A DNA stretch of 32,000 nt. Origin: Candidatus Gagatemarchaeum stordalenia (GTDB taxonomy: Archaea; Thermoproteota; Nitrososphaeria; Nitrososphaerales; Gagatemarchaeaceae). The translations under genes were made by a program, and so were the position numbers. Of the stretch, positions 7,303-15,417 are shown piece after piece; the first letter of the stretch is position 1; each line of letters starts with the position of its first letter. The stretch lies in NCBI GenBank assembly GCA_003164815.1, contig PLUF01000050.1, positions 1 to 32,000 on the forward strand, written 5' to 3'. Below the pieces are notes generated by a model. It was not told the DNA's origin. It searched no databases and saw nothing but the letters and a program-made list of their open reading frames with translations.

Positions 7303-7400
7303 CTCAGGAGCGCTATTCGCCCGTATTTGAACCTAGGGCCACCGTGCCGCCGGCGTTGGAACCCTCACGCTTATGAGGTCCCGGAGCGTCTCAGCCGCCC

Positions 7401-7814
7401 ATGAAGGCAGACGCCAAGACCGAGAAGGCCATCCTGAGTCTACTCGGGGGATTCAGCGACAGCTTCTCGAGACAGGACGTCGAGGGCGCGCTGGGCCTGT
7501 TCGCCCCTGATGCGGAGGTCGTCATGATGGGCTCGGAGGACTGGGAGACGGGGGTGGGCCGCGAGAACATACGGTCCGTCTTCAAGAGGCTCCTCTCGAG
7601 ACGGGAGACGTACCGGTGGGAGTGGAAGTGGCACATGCTCGCCGAATCCGGTTCGGTGGCCTGGATACTGGCCAAGGGCGAGTGCCACACCAGGGCCGGC
7701 AAGACCGAGACCGTCTCGCCATACCGGCTGAGCGGCGTCTTCGAGAAGCGCGGCGACAGTTGGCTCTGGGTGCTCTTCCACGGATCGGAGCCGATGCCCG
7801 CCGCGAAAGAATGA
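7401..7814 (+). CDS. SnoaL-like / NTF2-fold protein (DUF4440-like)
   Basis: 137 aa. FSDSFSRQDVEGALGLFAPDAEVVMMGS ... SVAWILAKGECH...YRLSGVFEKRGDSWLWVLFHGSEP matches the general NTF2-like cone pattern. Confidence 0.55.
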   Translation: MKADAKTEKAILSLLGGFSDSFSRQDVEGALGLFAPDAEVVMMGSEDWETGVGRENIRSVFKRLLSRRETYRWEWKWHMLAESGSVAWILAKGECHTRAGKTETVSPYRLSGVFEKRGDSWLWVLFHGSEPMPAAKE

Positions 7815-7927
7815 TATGCTGGATGTGAGTTCTCCGGGAGAGGCGGGCAGTGACGACATTAGCCCTGGTGATTTGTGATCCACGATCTTGAGTTCCGAGC
7901 CCGTCATCTAGGGACACCCGCTCGCCC

Positions 7928-8488
7928 ATGAGGTTCCTGGTAAGGCTCGTACCTGGTGACGCCGACCGCCAGGCGTTCCTCGCCGCTGTCAGGAGCATAG
8001 CGGCCAATCTAGGGGCAAACGCGGTTAACCCGAAATGGACCTCCTACGGCGCGCTCGAGATGGACATCTTCGCTCCCACACCTCAGGATTTTCAGCTGGT
8101 CCTGGCCGCGCTGGAACCGCTTGGAGAGACCGAGTTCGCCAAAGACCTGCAGGAGCCTCAGCGTCTCATGACGAAGGAGAAGGCGTTAGAGGAAGCGGTC
8201 GCGCTTTTCAACGGCGAGAGGTTCTGGGAGGCCCACGAGGTCCTCGAGACGCTCTGGAGGGCCGCGGAGGGTAACGAGAAGAAACTGCTCCAGGGCCTGA
8301 TACTCGTGTGCGCCGCGTTCGTGCACCACCAGAAGGACGAGGAGCGGGTGGCCCTAGGGGTCGCGAGGAGGGCAATCCCGCTGCTGGTCTGGGGTGGTTC
8401 CTCCTATGGATCGATCGACGTCATCGCCGTCATCGACAGGTTGAACCGCCTCGAGGCCGAAGGAAAGCTCTCTATCTTCGAGCTCTAG
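7928..8488 (+). CDS. DUF309-domain protein with an unassigned N-terminal domain
   Basis: The C-terminal half, AVALFNGERFWEAHEVLETLWRAAEGNEKKLLQGLILVCAAFVHHQK, matches the DUF309 helical-hairpin signature. Confidence 0.6.
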   Translation: MRFLVRLVPGDADRQAFLAAVRSIAANLGANAVNPKWTSYGALEMDIFAPTPQDFQLVLAALEPLGETEFAKDLQEPQRLMTKEKALEEAVALFNGERFWEAHEVLETLWRAAEGNEKKLLQGLILVCAAFVHHQKDEERVALGVARRAIPLLVWGGSSYGSIDVIAVIDRLNRLEAEGKLSIFEL

Positions 8489-8892
8489 CCGTATTGGAGA
8501 TCTCTCAGCTTGAGCTCTGCCTCAATCATCTTGCGCTTGACTCTCTTCTTCGGAGTAGCCAGCATTCTTTTCAACTCCTCTATTCTTCGAATCTTCTCCG
8601 GGTGCCTCCTCCAAGGAGCGGTTATCTCCAATTCTTTGGCGACATTTACAATACCACTAATCTCGGAATAATAGGTGACGATGTTGTACGGAAAGTGCCG
8701 AGTCTTTTTCCTTGGCTCGACTATGACCCTGCAGACGACACCATCAAGGTCTGCGCCTAGGCGGTAAGCCTCCAACATGCTCCTTTCTTTCTGGAATGTT
8801 CTGATTCGATACATGCTCAGCAAAGAGTTGAAGTAGAAGCAACCTTCCGCGTCCTCCCAGACAGCCCTTTCGCATGCGTTCATGGGCCTCAT
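8485..8892 (-). CDS. Hypothetical protein encoded in a second low-GC islet; basic coiled-coil C-terminus
   Basis: The tracked ORF is 8485-8988, but its first 32 codons are Ser/Arg-rich and overlap the upstream gene, so ATG 8892 (MRPMNACERAVWED...) is the more plausible start. Codons are A/T-ending, unlike the neighbours. The C-terminus is RRIEELKRMLATPKKRVKRKMIEAELKLRDL. Confidence 0.5.
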   Translation of the reverse strand: MRPMNACERAVWEDAEGCFYFNSLLSMYRIRTFQKERSMLEAYRLGADLDGVVCRVIVEPRKKTRHFPYNIVTYYSEISGIVNVAKELEITAPWRRHPEKIRRIEELKRMLATPKKRVKRKMIEAELKLRDLQYG

Positions 8893-8980
8893 GCTTCCAG
8901 ACCTTAGACTGCTGTATAAGCGCCCACTCCAAATGACCGAAGGACTCGTCCTGAACGAAGTTCTGCTAACTGGGGTCGAA

Positions 8981-9379
8981 TCAACCAAAGACAGGGAGGT
9001 TGAGGGGATGGTCCTCCTCCGGGATGAAGAGCTTCCTCCTTGCGGCGAGGATGTCTAAGGCTATCACAACGAGGCCCAGGATGAGAGACCCTGCGAACGC
9101 CGGACTTGCGAATTGGACCCTTCCTATCGCGATGTCCAGGACGATGAGCAAGGAGACGGCGGCCGAGGCGTACAGCGCCTCGGTCCACCCCACGTAGCAT
9201 GCGATCGAGTCGAGCAGCAGGATCGCACCGAGCACAATGAGGATGATGTTCTCCGAGCCGAGGCTGGTCTGGATTGGCGGATTGACAAACTCGAATATCC
9301 GACTCCAGTACGCGCCCGCGGCGACCGACCACAACCCATTGACTAGTGTTACTGCGGATACCGCCGACCTCAGCCTCAA
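8981..9379 (-). CDS. Small integral membrane protein (about 4 TM helices)
   Basis: Four hydrophobic segments: AVSAVTLVNGLWSVAAGAYW, IILIVLGAILLLDSIACYV, LYASAAVSLLIVLDIAI and FAGSLILGLVVIALDIL. The TTG start directly abuts the stop of the upstream gene (TAG-TTG). Confidence 0.7.
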   Translation of the reverse strand: MRLRSAVSAVTLVNGLWSVAAGAYWSRIFEFVNPPIQTSLGSENIILIVLGAILLLDSIACYVGWTEALYASAAVSLLIVLDIAIGRVQFASPAFAGSLILGLVVIALDILAARRKLFIPEEDHPLNLPVFG

Positions 9380-9808
9380 CTACTTCAGCATCCGGAGCTT
9401 GTAGAACCCTGCCTCGATGTGCTTGTTGATGTTGTCCTTGACCATGAAGAGCCTGTGCACAGACTCGCCGTCGTCGGGCGCGATGGTCCAGTCCTCCAGC
9501 ACGGTGAACTCGTGGGGGGCGCCGTCCTTGCACGTGTGGGCGATCTTCTTGCCTGGCTCGACCCCGAGGCTCATCATGTAGACCTCCCTGATGTTGGTGC
9601 AGGTCAGGATCGCCCACTGCTCGTTGAGGCCGATCTCCTCGAACCCCACGCTGGGACGGAGCGGCTCTCCGTACCTCTTGTCGTCGCAGAAGAGCCTCCT
9701 GCACGACCTGCACCTCCAGACGTCGACCGTTCCCTGCAGGTAATTGTCCCTGTTGACATTGACCATCCCGATCATGACGATCTCGTGCTCGTGCGGCGGC
9801 TGGCTCAT
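9380..9808 (-). CDS. Cys/His-containing hypothetical protein (142 aa)
   Basis: ATG 9808 overlaps the stop of the upstream HTH gene (ATGA). The sequence is MSQPPHEHEIVMIG...WRCRSCRRLFCDDKRYG...HTCKDGAPHEF. The tracked 315-aa ORF is this gene plus an off-frame Arg/Ser/Pro-rich read-through of the HTH gene. Confidence 0.65.
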   Translation of the reverse strand: MSQPPHEHEIVMIGMVNVNRDNYLQGTVDVWRCRSCRRLFCDDKRYGEPLRPSVGFEEIGLNEQWAILTCTNIREVYMMSLGVEPGKKIAHTCKDGAPHEFTVLEDWTIAPDDGESVHRLFMVKDNINKHIEAGFYKLRMLK

Positions 9809-10155
9809 TCTCTCCCTCTCCTCGCTTCGTAGGCCGGGATGAGCTCCAAGGTAAGCTTGTCGGCCATCCTCCTCTTGGCCTTCATCGGGGTCGATGTCCT
9901 GTCGGGTAGAGACCGGAACAAGTTGGATATTGCCAGCCTCGGGTGGACCGGAAGATAGACCTTTTCGTCGGCGCCCCGGATGAGCATCCCCCTCGCCAGC
10001 AGCGGAAGCGCCGCCCTGTCTCCCACTCGTAATGAGCCCTCCTTCAGAGCTTCGATGTAGGTCTCGGCCTCGCCTTGGGTAAGACCGAATTCGAGCGTGA
10101 GCCTCTGGAGGACGGACGCCTCGTCTCTTATCAAGGGACCTTGGTGACCGGCCAT
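9805..10155 (-). CDS. Short TrmB-like winged-HTH protein (116 aa)
   Basis: VLQRLTLEFGLTQGEAETYIEALKEGSL...GMLIRGADEKVYLPVHPRLAISNLF resembles the N-terminal DNA-binding domain of TrmB regulators. Confidence 0.6.
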   Translation of the reverse strand: MAGHQGPLIRDEASVLQRLTLEFGLTQGEAETYIEALKEGSLRVGDRAALPLLARGMLIRGADEKVYLPVHPRLAISNLFRSLPDRTSTPMKAKRRMADKLTLELIPAYEARRGRE

Positions 10156-10190
10156 TGCCTAAGCAAAAGGCTTTCCGCCCCGGGCGCGCC

Positions 10191-10958
10191 CTACCGCTTC
10201 TTCGACGTGTCGGGGGAATTCCAGAGGATTTGGAAGTAGTCTTTGGCGAACCCGGCCAGGCCGATGTGCTCCGCCCAGATCGCCAGCGCGGAGCTCGCCG
10301 TCTCCCCGCCGCCGAGCAGCAGGACAACCTGCTTGGAGTCCGCGATCACCCCTCCGCCGTAGAGCACGGTCCTGGTCTTCACCTCTGCCACCGCGTCGAG
10401 GACCGTCAGGGTCGGTTCGGGGATGTCCCTCGAGGTCAGAATCTCTATCTTGACGCCCTTCTCCTTCAGGGCCGCGAGGATCCCCGCGATTTCCTCCGCG
10501 TAAGGGGCGATGACCAGCGGCAGCGCGATGAGCAGCTCGTTCCTGCAGTCCAGGACCATCGTCCTGAGCCTCGAAAGTATCTCGGCCGTGCCCCTGAGGA
10601 TCCAGATCTCGGGCCTCTCCTGCTCGCCCTTCTTCTCGTAGATCCCGGTGAGCTCCTTGAGGACGAGCTGCTCCCTCTCCCTCCTCTCCGCGTCGTGCCT
10701 GGAGTTCATCTCCTCAATCGCCGTGTCCGGGGATTTGGCGGTGTAGAGTATCGGTCTACTCTTCTGTTCCTCTATCCACCCGTTGGCGCGCAGGCCCTCC
10801 AGGGCCTCGTAGACCTTGGAGTATGGTATCCTCGCCGCCTTGCTGACCTCGCTCGCGGTCATCGTGCCCTTCTCGATCAGGGCGACGTAGGCCTTGACCT
10901 GTGTCTTGGTGAGACCAAGAGCCTCGAGAGCCGTTCCTGCCTTCTCGCTAAGGCTCAT
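10191..10958 (-). CDS. TrmB-family transcriptional regulator (full length)
   Basis: N-terminal LEALGLTKTQVKAYVALIEKGTMTASEVSKAARIPYSKVYEALEGLRANGWIEEQKSRPILYTAKSP plus a coiled-coil and a C-terminal TrmB-type domain. Confidence 0.85.
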   Translation of the reverse strand: MSLSEKAGTALEALGLTKTQVKAYVALIEKGTMTASEVSKAARIPYSKVYEALEGLRANGWIEEQKSRPILYTAKSPDTAIEEMNSRHDAERREREQLVLKELTGIYEKKGEQERPEIWILRGTAEILSRLRTMVLDCRNELLIALPLVIAPYAEEIAGILAALKEKGVKIEILTSRDIPEPTLTVLDAVAEVKTRTVLYGGGVIADSKQVVLLLGGGETASSALAIWAEHIGLAGFAKDYFQILWNSPDTSKKR

Positions 10959-11025
10959 TGGAGCTTTCGCTGTCTCCGGTCGTCACGCCACCGTAACCTG
11001 ACTTCGCTATGGACCGCGGGTCGGT

Positions 11026-11367
11026 CTAGGGGCTTCCCTTCAGGTACGCGAAGACGTTTCCGTCAGGGTCGTCGAAGCTAGCGAACTCCCCCCACTCGGC
11101 CTTGGTGTAGTCCTTCGAGAAGTTCACGTCCTTCTTCTTGAGCGAAGCCACGGCTTTCTCCAGGTCCTCGACGTAGAAGGCGATGCCCGTGTTCCCCGGC
11201 TCTAGCTTCCCCTCACAGAGGTGAAGCTTCCAGGTCGCGCCCTTGGGCCAGACTGTGACCCAGTGATCTTCAACCGAGGCGTTGAAGCCCAGCTTCGACT
11301 TGTACCACTTCGCCGATTTCTTCGCGTCCGAGACCATTACGGCCACGCTGAAGCTCTTCGAAAACAT
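11026..11367 (-). CDS. VOC-family protein (glyoxalase / bleomycin-resistance fold)
   Basis: MFSKSFSVAVMVSDAKKSAKWYKSKLGF...HLCEG...GIAFYVEDLEKAVASLKKKDV...FDDPDGNVF. ATG 11367 is preferred over the tracked 11427 start, which adds a non-conserved-looking leader. Confidence 0.75.
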   Translation of the reverse strand: MFSKSFSVAVMVSDAKKSAKWYKSKLGFNASVEDHWVTVWPKGATWKLHLCEGKLEPGNTGIAFYVEDLEKAVASLKKKDVNFSKDYTKAEWGEFASFDDPDGNVFAYLKGSP

Positions 11368-11472
11368 GGAAGAGCGTGAAAAACACCCTCTTTTCGGTCT
11401 TTCCCTCCCCTCTGACCACGGAGGCACCGGGGAAGGCCGTCCACAGCACGACGGAAATCGCTAAACCTTATC

Positions 11473-12099
11473 TTGAAGAATCATGCGCGTTGGAGCAGCG
11501 CAAGGAAGTTGGCACCAATCTGGACGATACTGGTCATCGGCCCTCCGACATCCGGCAAGAGCTTCCTAGCGAAGCGCCTGCTCCAGAGCGTTCCAGATTC
11601 GGTCCGGATTAACCCCGACGAGGTGCGCTTCATGCTCTTCAACGACCTGGCCCCGGCGCACGACGAGGACCTCGTCTACAAGACCCTGAGCAGCCTCCGG
11701 GACCTCTCGCTGGCATACGGCCACTCGGTCATCATAGACTCGACAGCTCCCAGGCACCTGACCCGGGAGTACTTCCTCAGCGGGAGCAATCGGAGCAGGC
11801 ACCTGGTCGTCGTCATGGACGTCGACAAGAAGATCCTCCAGGAGAGGGCGAAGAAGGAGGGCAAGATCGGGCCGCTCAAGGCCTTCGAGGCGGTCTGGCA
11901 GGAGCCCCCGCACAGCCTCCCCTTCTTCAAGTTCAAGAACGACAACGCGCAGCAGTTCGAGACGAGCTACTACCTGCTGATGGAGTACATCAAACACGAG
12001 TACGTCCACCACAGCGGCGTCATCGACAGTCTCTTCCGCAGAGGACGAAAGGAGGAGATGATACCGGAACCTAGAACGGCGAAAGTGCCCCCGGCCTGA
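11473..12099 (+). CDS. P-loop kinase-like ATP-binding protein (AAA_33 / polynucleotide-kinase-like)
   Basis: Walker A VIGPPTSGKSFLAKRL, followed by INPDEVR and IIDSTAPRHLTRE. The start is uncertain (TTG 11473 or TTG 11509). Confidence 0.65.
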   Translation: MKNHARWSSARKLAPIWTILVIGPPTSGKSFLAKRLLQSVPDSVRINPDEVRFMLFNDLAPAHDEDLVYKTLSSLRDLSLAYGHSVIIDSTAPRHLTREYFLSGSNRSRHLVVVMDVDKKILQERAKKEGKIGPLKAFEAVWQEPPHSLPFFKFKNDNAQQFETSYYLLMEYIKHEYVHHSGVIDSLFRRGRKEEMIPEPRTAKVPPA

Positions 12100-12125
12100 A
12101 CAGCGCCTGCCTCCCGTGCCGACTG

Positions 12126-12626
12126 CTAGAGCGTCGTGCCGGCGACCATTAGGACAGTGATGAGGATCATTACTGACAAAGTCGCTGTCGTGATGACCTT
12201 TTGCCGGTTGGCAAGTACCATCAACTCCGGTGGAGGCGGCCCAGGAGTCTTCATCATCGACTCGCTGATCCTGATAATCTTGCGGGTGACCGGGATGGTT
12301 ACGGAGTAGGAAACTGCGAAGACAAGCAGCGCGAGGACGGCACCGACCGTGATGTACAGCCCGAAAGGCGTGGAGAGGGAGACCTTCGAGAAGTCGCCGT
12401 TCAGCAGGACAGCAGCCGTGGCTACGCCGAAGACGATGGTCATCCCGGAGAAGACCTCGAAGTAGCGGAGGTACTTGGGCACCACCTTGACCATGAACTC
12501 GCCCCTCGCCTGGGGGGAGAGCTTCGCGAGCGACGGAGCGAGGATGATGCCGAAGACCATGGCGGCCCCGAGCCAGCCGATGGCGCTGAATATGTGGGCC
12601 CAGAGGACCACCGTGAGAAGGACCAT
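12126..12626 (-). CDS. Integral membrane protein (4 TM; CopD-like first-helix pattern)
   Basis: WAHIFSAIGWLGAAMVFGIIL plus three more hydrophobic helices. It lies 16 nt downstream of 12643-13545. Confidence 0.65.
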   Translation of the reverse strand: MVLLTVVLWAHIFSAIGWLGAAMVFGIILAPSLAKLSPQARGEFMVKVVPKYLRYFEVFSGMTIVFGVATAAVLLNGDFSKVSLSTPFGLYITVGAVLALLVFAVSYSVTIPVTRKIIRISESMMKTPGPPPPELMVLANRQKVITTATLSVMILITVLMVAGTTL

Positions 12627-12642
12627 CTGACGCCGACGCCAA

Positions 12643-13545
12643 TTACATATGTGTTAATATCTCGCGCGTCCTAAACGCCGCTATCACCTCACGGATGTTG
12701 ACGACGGTCAGGGCGACTATGGTCAGCAGCGGGATGAGGGCGTACCAGTAGAGCGGGGTGGTGAGGCCGCTGGTGAAGAGCATAGTGAGGAAGCCCCCGC
12801 CAACCCCGGGAACTAGCAGCGTCGCGTTGGTCGCAAGCAGGGTCGCCGCGCCCGCCCCGAACGCTCTCCTGAGGCTCGGTCTGTTGTACATGAAGAAGAG
12901 AGGGAGCGCGACGAGCGCGAACCTCGGATCGAACGCGCAGAGCCCGAAGGCCACCCCGGAGAGGAGCGGCCTCTTGGTCTTGCCCAGGTAGAGCCCGAGC
13001 AGAAGGAGGAACGTCTCCAGAACCTTCGACTGGCCCTCGGCCCACTGCCAGTAGTACGCTGCCGAGAGGCTCCAGTGAGGGCTCGGGGACGGCAGGAGGA
13101 GCGCGATTATCGCGACTATCGCTGCGACAGCGACGCCTTTCTCCTTCGTCAGCTCGTAGACCAGGAGGGCGACCAGCGGCAGGAGGAGGAACTGGAAGAC
13201 GTCGAACGCTGTCAGCGCCTGCTGATACGGAAGCGCCGTGAAGGGCAGTACCATCAGCAGGAACGAGGGCAGGTACTTGTATGATTCAGGCTGCGGGAGC
13301 ACGTGGTACTCCCCGTCGTTGACGTAGCCCGATGTGTAGACCTGACCGGGGTCGTGGATGAGCCGCCAGGCTGCCGTGTAGAAGGCCGAGAAGTCCTTGG
13401 CCAGCAGCCGGTCCCCGCAGCAGCCGGAGTCTATGGTCATCGTCTCCGGATACGCTGCCGCTAGGACTACCAGGTTGAGCGCGAGCAGGCAGAGGACCGC
13501 CGCGACGAAGATCGTCCTCGACCGCGAGGTCCAGCCGGCTACCAA
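12643..13545 (-). CDS. Polytopic membrane protein, GT-C-like glycosyltransferase (DUF2029/GT87-like)
   Basis: About 8 hydrophobic helices. The first loop, LLAKDFSAFYTAAWRLIHDPGQVY...YKYLPSFLLMVLPF, resembles the DxxxxYxxA...Y.Y.P pattern of DUF2029 mannosyltransferase-like proteins. Confidence 0.5.
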   Translation of the reverse strand: MVAGWTSRSRTIFVAAVLCLLALNLVVLAAAYPETMTIDSGCCGDRLLAKDFSAFYTAAWRLIHDPGQVYTSGYVNDGEYHVLPQPESYKYLPSFLLMVLPFTALPYQQALTAFDVFQFLLLPLVALLVYELTKEKGVAVAAIVAIIALLLPSPSPHWSLSAAYYWQWAEGQSKVLETFLLLLGLYLGKTKRPLLSGVAFGLCAFDPRFALVALPLFFMYNRPSLRRAFGAGAATLLATNATLLVPGVGGGFLTMLFTSGLTTPLYWYALIPLLTIVALTVVNIREVIAAFRTREILTHM

Positions 13546-13647
13546 TTTCCTACGGTGGCCCTGATGGCTCGCGCATCTTAACGATTGGGGTCTCTCGGCC
13601 GGCTCCGCCTCGCCGGACTCGCGGAATGTCCCGCTTGTCCTGCGTCG

Positions 13648-14064
13648 TCAGGTCGCGCGCATGCGGTTGCCCTTCGGGTTGTGCTCGACCTCGGCGGTCC
13701 CCAGGGCCTCCATGACTGGCGGTACGTACATCGCGAATCTCCCCCTCAGCCCCTTCTTCAGGCCGTACCACCCGCCGACGGGGTTCTTCGGCGAGCGCCC
13801 CCACGCCTCGACCGTCCCCTCCTTCGCCGGCTTCTGCTCGTCGGCGCTACCGAGCTCAATCCAATCCCCGTGCCTCTTGAGCATCGAGTGCAGGTCGACG
13901 AGGCAGCGCAGGTCGTACTTCAGCTGCGTCTTGCCCACCTGGACCACTAGCACCGCAGGTACCGATGTTTCGTCCCTGTACGCCTCGAACTCAGAGGTTC
14001 CCGAAGGGGTCTTCAGGAGCCACGGCTGTTCCTTCGTTCCCTTTCCCTTGTTGACTTTGGACAT
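13648..14064 (-). CDS. Conserved-looking hypothetical protein (138 aa)
   Basis: Well-formed ORF with distinctive motifs GSADEQKPAKEGTVEAWGRS and NPVGGWYGLKKGLRGRF. I cannot name the family with confidence. Confidence 0.6.
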   Translation of the reverse strand: MSKVNKGKGTKEQPWLLKTPSGTSEFEAYRDETSVPAVLVVQVGKTQLKYDLRCLVDLHSMLKRHGDWIELGSADEQKPAKEGTVEAWGRSPKNPVGGWYGLKKGLRGRFAMYVPPVMEALGTAEVEHNPKGNRMRAT

Positions 14065-14223
14065 CGACGGCCCGATTCTGACCCCGCCGAGTAATAAGAG
14101 GTGCGATGCGCGTTTGACCCTCAGTTGCTAATTCTCGCAATGCAAATCCGGGCTTCCGTCGGCCTTCCACGTGCGCGGATCGGTCTCTCGGCAGGCCCTA
14201 CTCGTCCGCTGTCCTGAGTCCCC

Positions 14224-15348
14224 CTAGGCGTGGCGAGCGTCCAGTCGGAGGGCCTTCAGGAACTTCTTGTAGGCCGGGGGCGTCATCATGAAGCGGGCAA
14301 GCTGAAGGCGGTCCAGGATCTTGGCGTTGTCCAGCCCAAGCTTTCTGCCCTCCTTCACCATGGCCGCGTACGCCTTGAATACCGCAGGGTTCTCGGCGAA
14401 GTCGGCCTCGGGATCTGGGGCCCCTCCGCCCTCGGAGATTGCCTTCATGAGGTTGAGACAGAGGAACGCGTCCAGGTAGAGTGAGGTTACAGGGCCCTTC
14501 CTGAAGTAATCGTTCGCCACTATCAGGTGTCCATCGTCCTCGTTCGGGTAAATCGTAGGGAAGGGGCTGTCGATGAACTCGACCTTGACGTCGCCGAGGA
14601 CCTCCTCGGTCGAGTCTCCGAAGAGCTCTCTCACGGCTTGGACCTTCTCGAACCCGAGGAAGTAATCGGAGAACGAGCAGAGCCTCGTAGGGGCGTCGCG
14701 CTTTATCTTGACCGGGAACTTCGTGACTCGCGTCGCCGGCTTCGACCCGCGCTTCTTCAGATTCATCTCCTTGAGGAAGCTCCGCCAGACCTTGGGCGGT
14801 GCCTCGCCCATCTTGAGGTACTCGGTTATCTCTTCGGGGGTCATTCCTATCCTCTCTGCCTCTCTAACCGTGTGCTCGTAGGCGGGTATCTCGATGGGGC
14901 TGGCGTAGTAGAGCGACCGGTCTTGCATGAACTTCATGAACTCCCTGTGGAAGAACTTCTCGTCGGTCATCCTCTGGTTGATGTGGAAGAGCTCGTGGAC
15001 GACGTCGAGGTAGAGCGTCCTCAGCGGGCTGTTCTTGAGGTGGTGGGTCCCGACTGCGACGTTTCCGTCAACGTCCCTTATGCCCATGTACATCCTCCTG
15101 TTGGGCATGAACCCTATGCGGAGGTTGCTGAGCACTTGATCGGTCCTGTCGCCGAAGACCGACCGGACGGCACCGACGCGCTCGAACCCCTGAAAGTACT
15201 CGGTGAACCGTTCGAGGGAAGGCGTCGGCGAGTTTCTGTTGAGCTTGACCGGGACGGTGTATTCCCCGCTTGTCTGTTTCACGGCTGGGCGTCCCGGTCG
15301 CCGAGGTCTAATAAGCCTGCCTTGGGGTTTTTCCGTCCCCGTTCTCAT
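14224..15348 (-). CDS. Internally duplicated protein; the N-terminal copy carries an HExxH metallopeptidase-like motif and the C-terminal copy has lost it
   Basis: The two ~170-aa halves align: PVKLNRNSPTPSLERFTEYFQGFERVGAVRSVFGDRTDQVL against PVKIKRDAPTRLCSFSDYFLGFEKVQAVRELFGDSTEEVL. HELFH (nt 14983-14997) corresponds to LCLNL in copy 2. ATG 15348 is preferred over the tracked 15441 start, which would overlap the divergent gene. Confidence 0.65.
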   Translation of the reverse strand: MRTGTEKPQGRLIRPRRPGRPAVKQTSGEYTVPVKLNRNSPTPSLERFTEYFQGFERVGAVRSVFGDRTDQVLSNLRIGFMPNRRMYMGIRDVDGNVAVGTHHLKNSPLRTLYLDVVHELFHINQRMTDEKFFHREFMKFMQDRSLYYASPIEIPAYEHTVREAERIGMTPEEITEYLKMGEAPPKVWRSFLKEMNLKKRGSKPATRVTKFPVKIKRDAPTRLCSFSDYFLGFEKVQAVRELFGDSTEEVLGDVKVEFIDSPFPTIYPNEDDGHLIVANDYFRKGPVTSLYLDAFLCLNLMKAISEGGGAPDPEADFAENPAVFKAYAAMVKEGRKLGLDNAKILDRLQLARFMMTPPAYKKFLKALRLDARHA

Positions 15349-15417
15349 TAATATTTTTGTCCGACTAGAGATTAGAACAGCTGTTCGCACACTCAGGATT
15401 ATCCCCGGTGGGGTGGT

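Noticed and set aside
9809-10327. The N-terminal 173 residues of the tracked 315-aa ORF (9380-10327).
   Set aside because: This part is Arg/Ser/Gly/Pro-rich and overlaps, out of frame, the TrmB-like HTH gene and the end of the TrmB gene. An internal ATG at 9808 forms an ATGA overlap with the upstream stop and gives a sensible 142-aa protein.
10155-12642. Long shadow ORFs at 10155-11081 (+, 308 aa) and 11566-12642 (-, 358 aa).
   Set aside because: They lie opposite the TrmB, kinase-like and membrane-protein genes, which have clear motifs or TM patterns. Their translations are Arg/Gly/Pro/Asp-rich with no structure.
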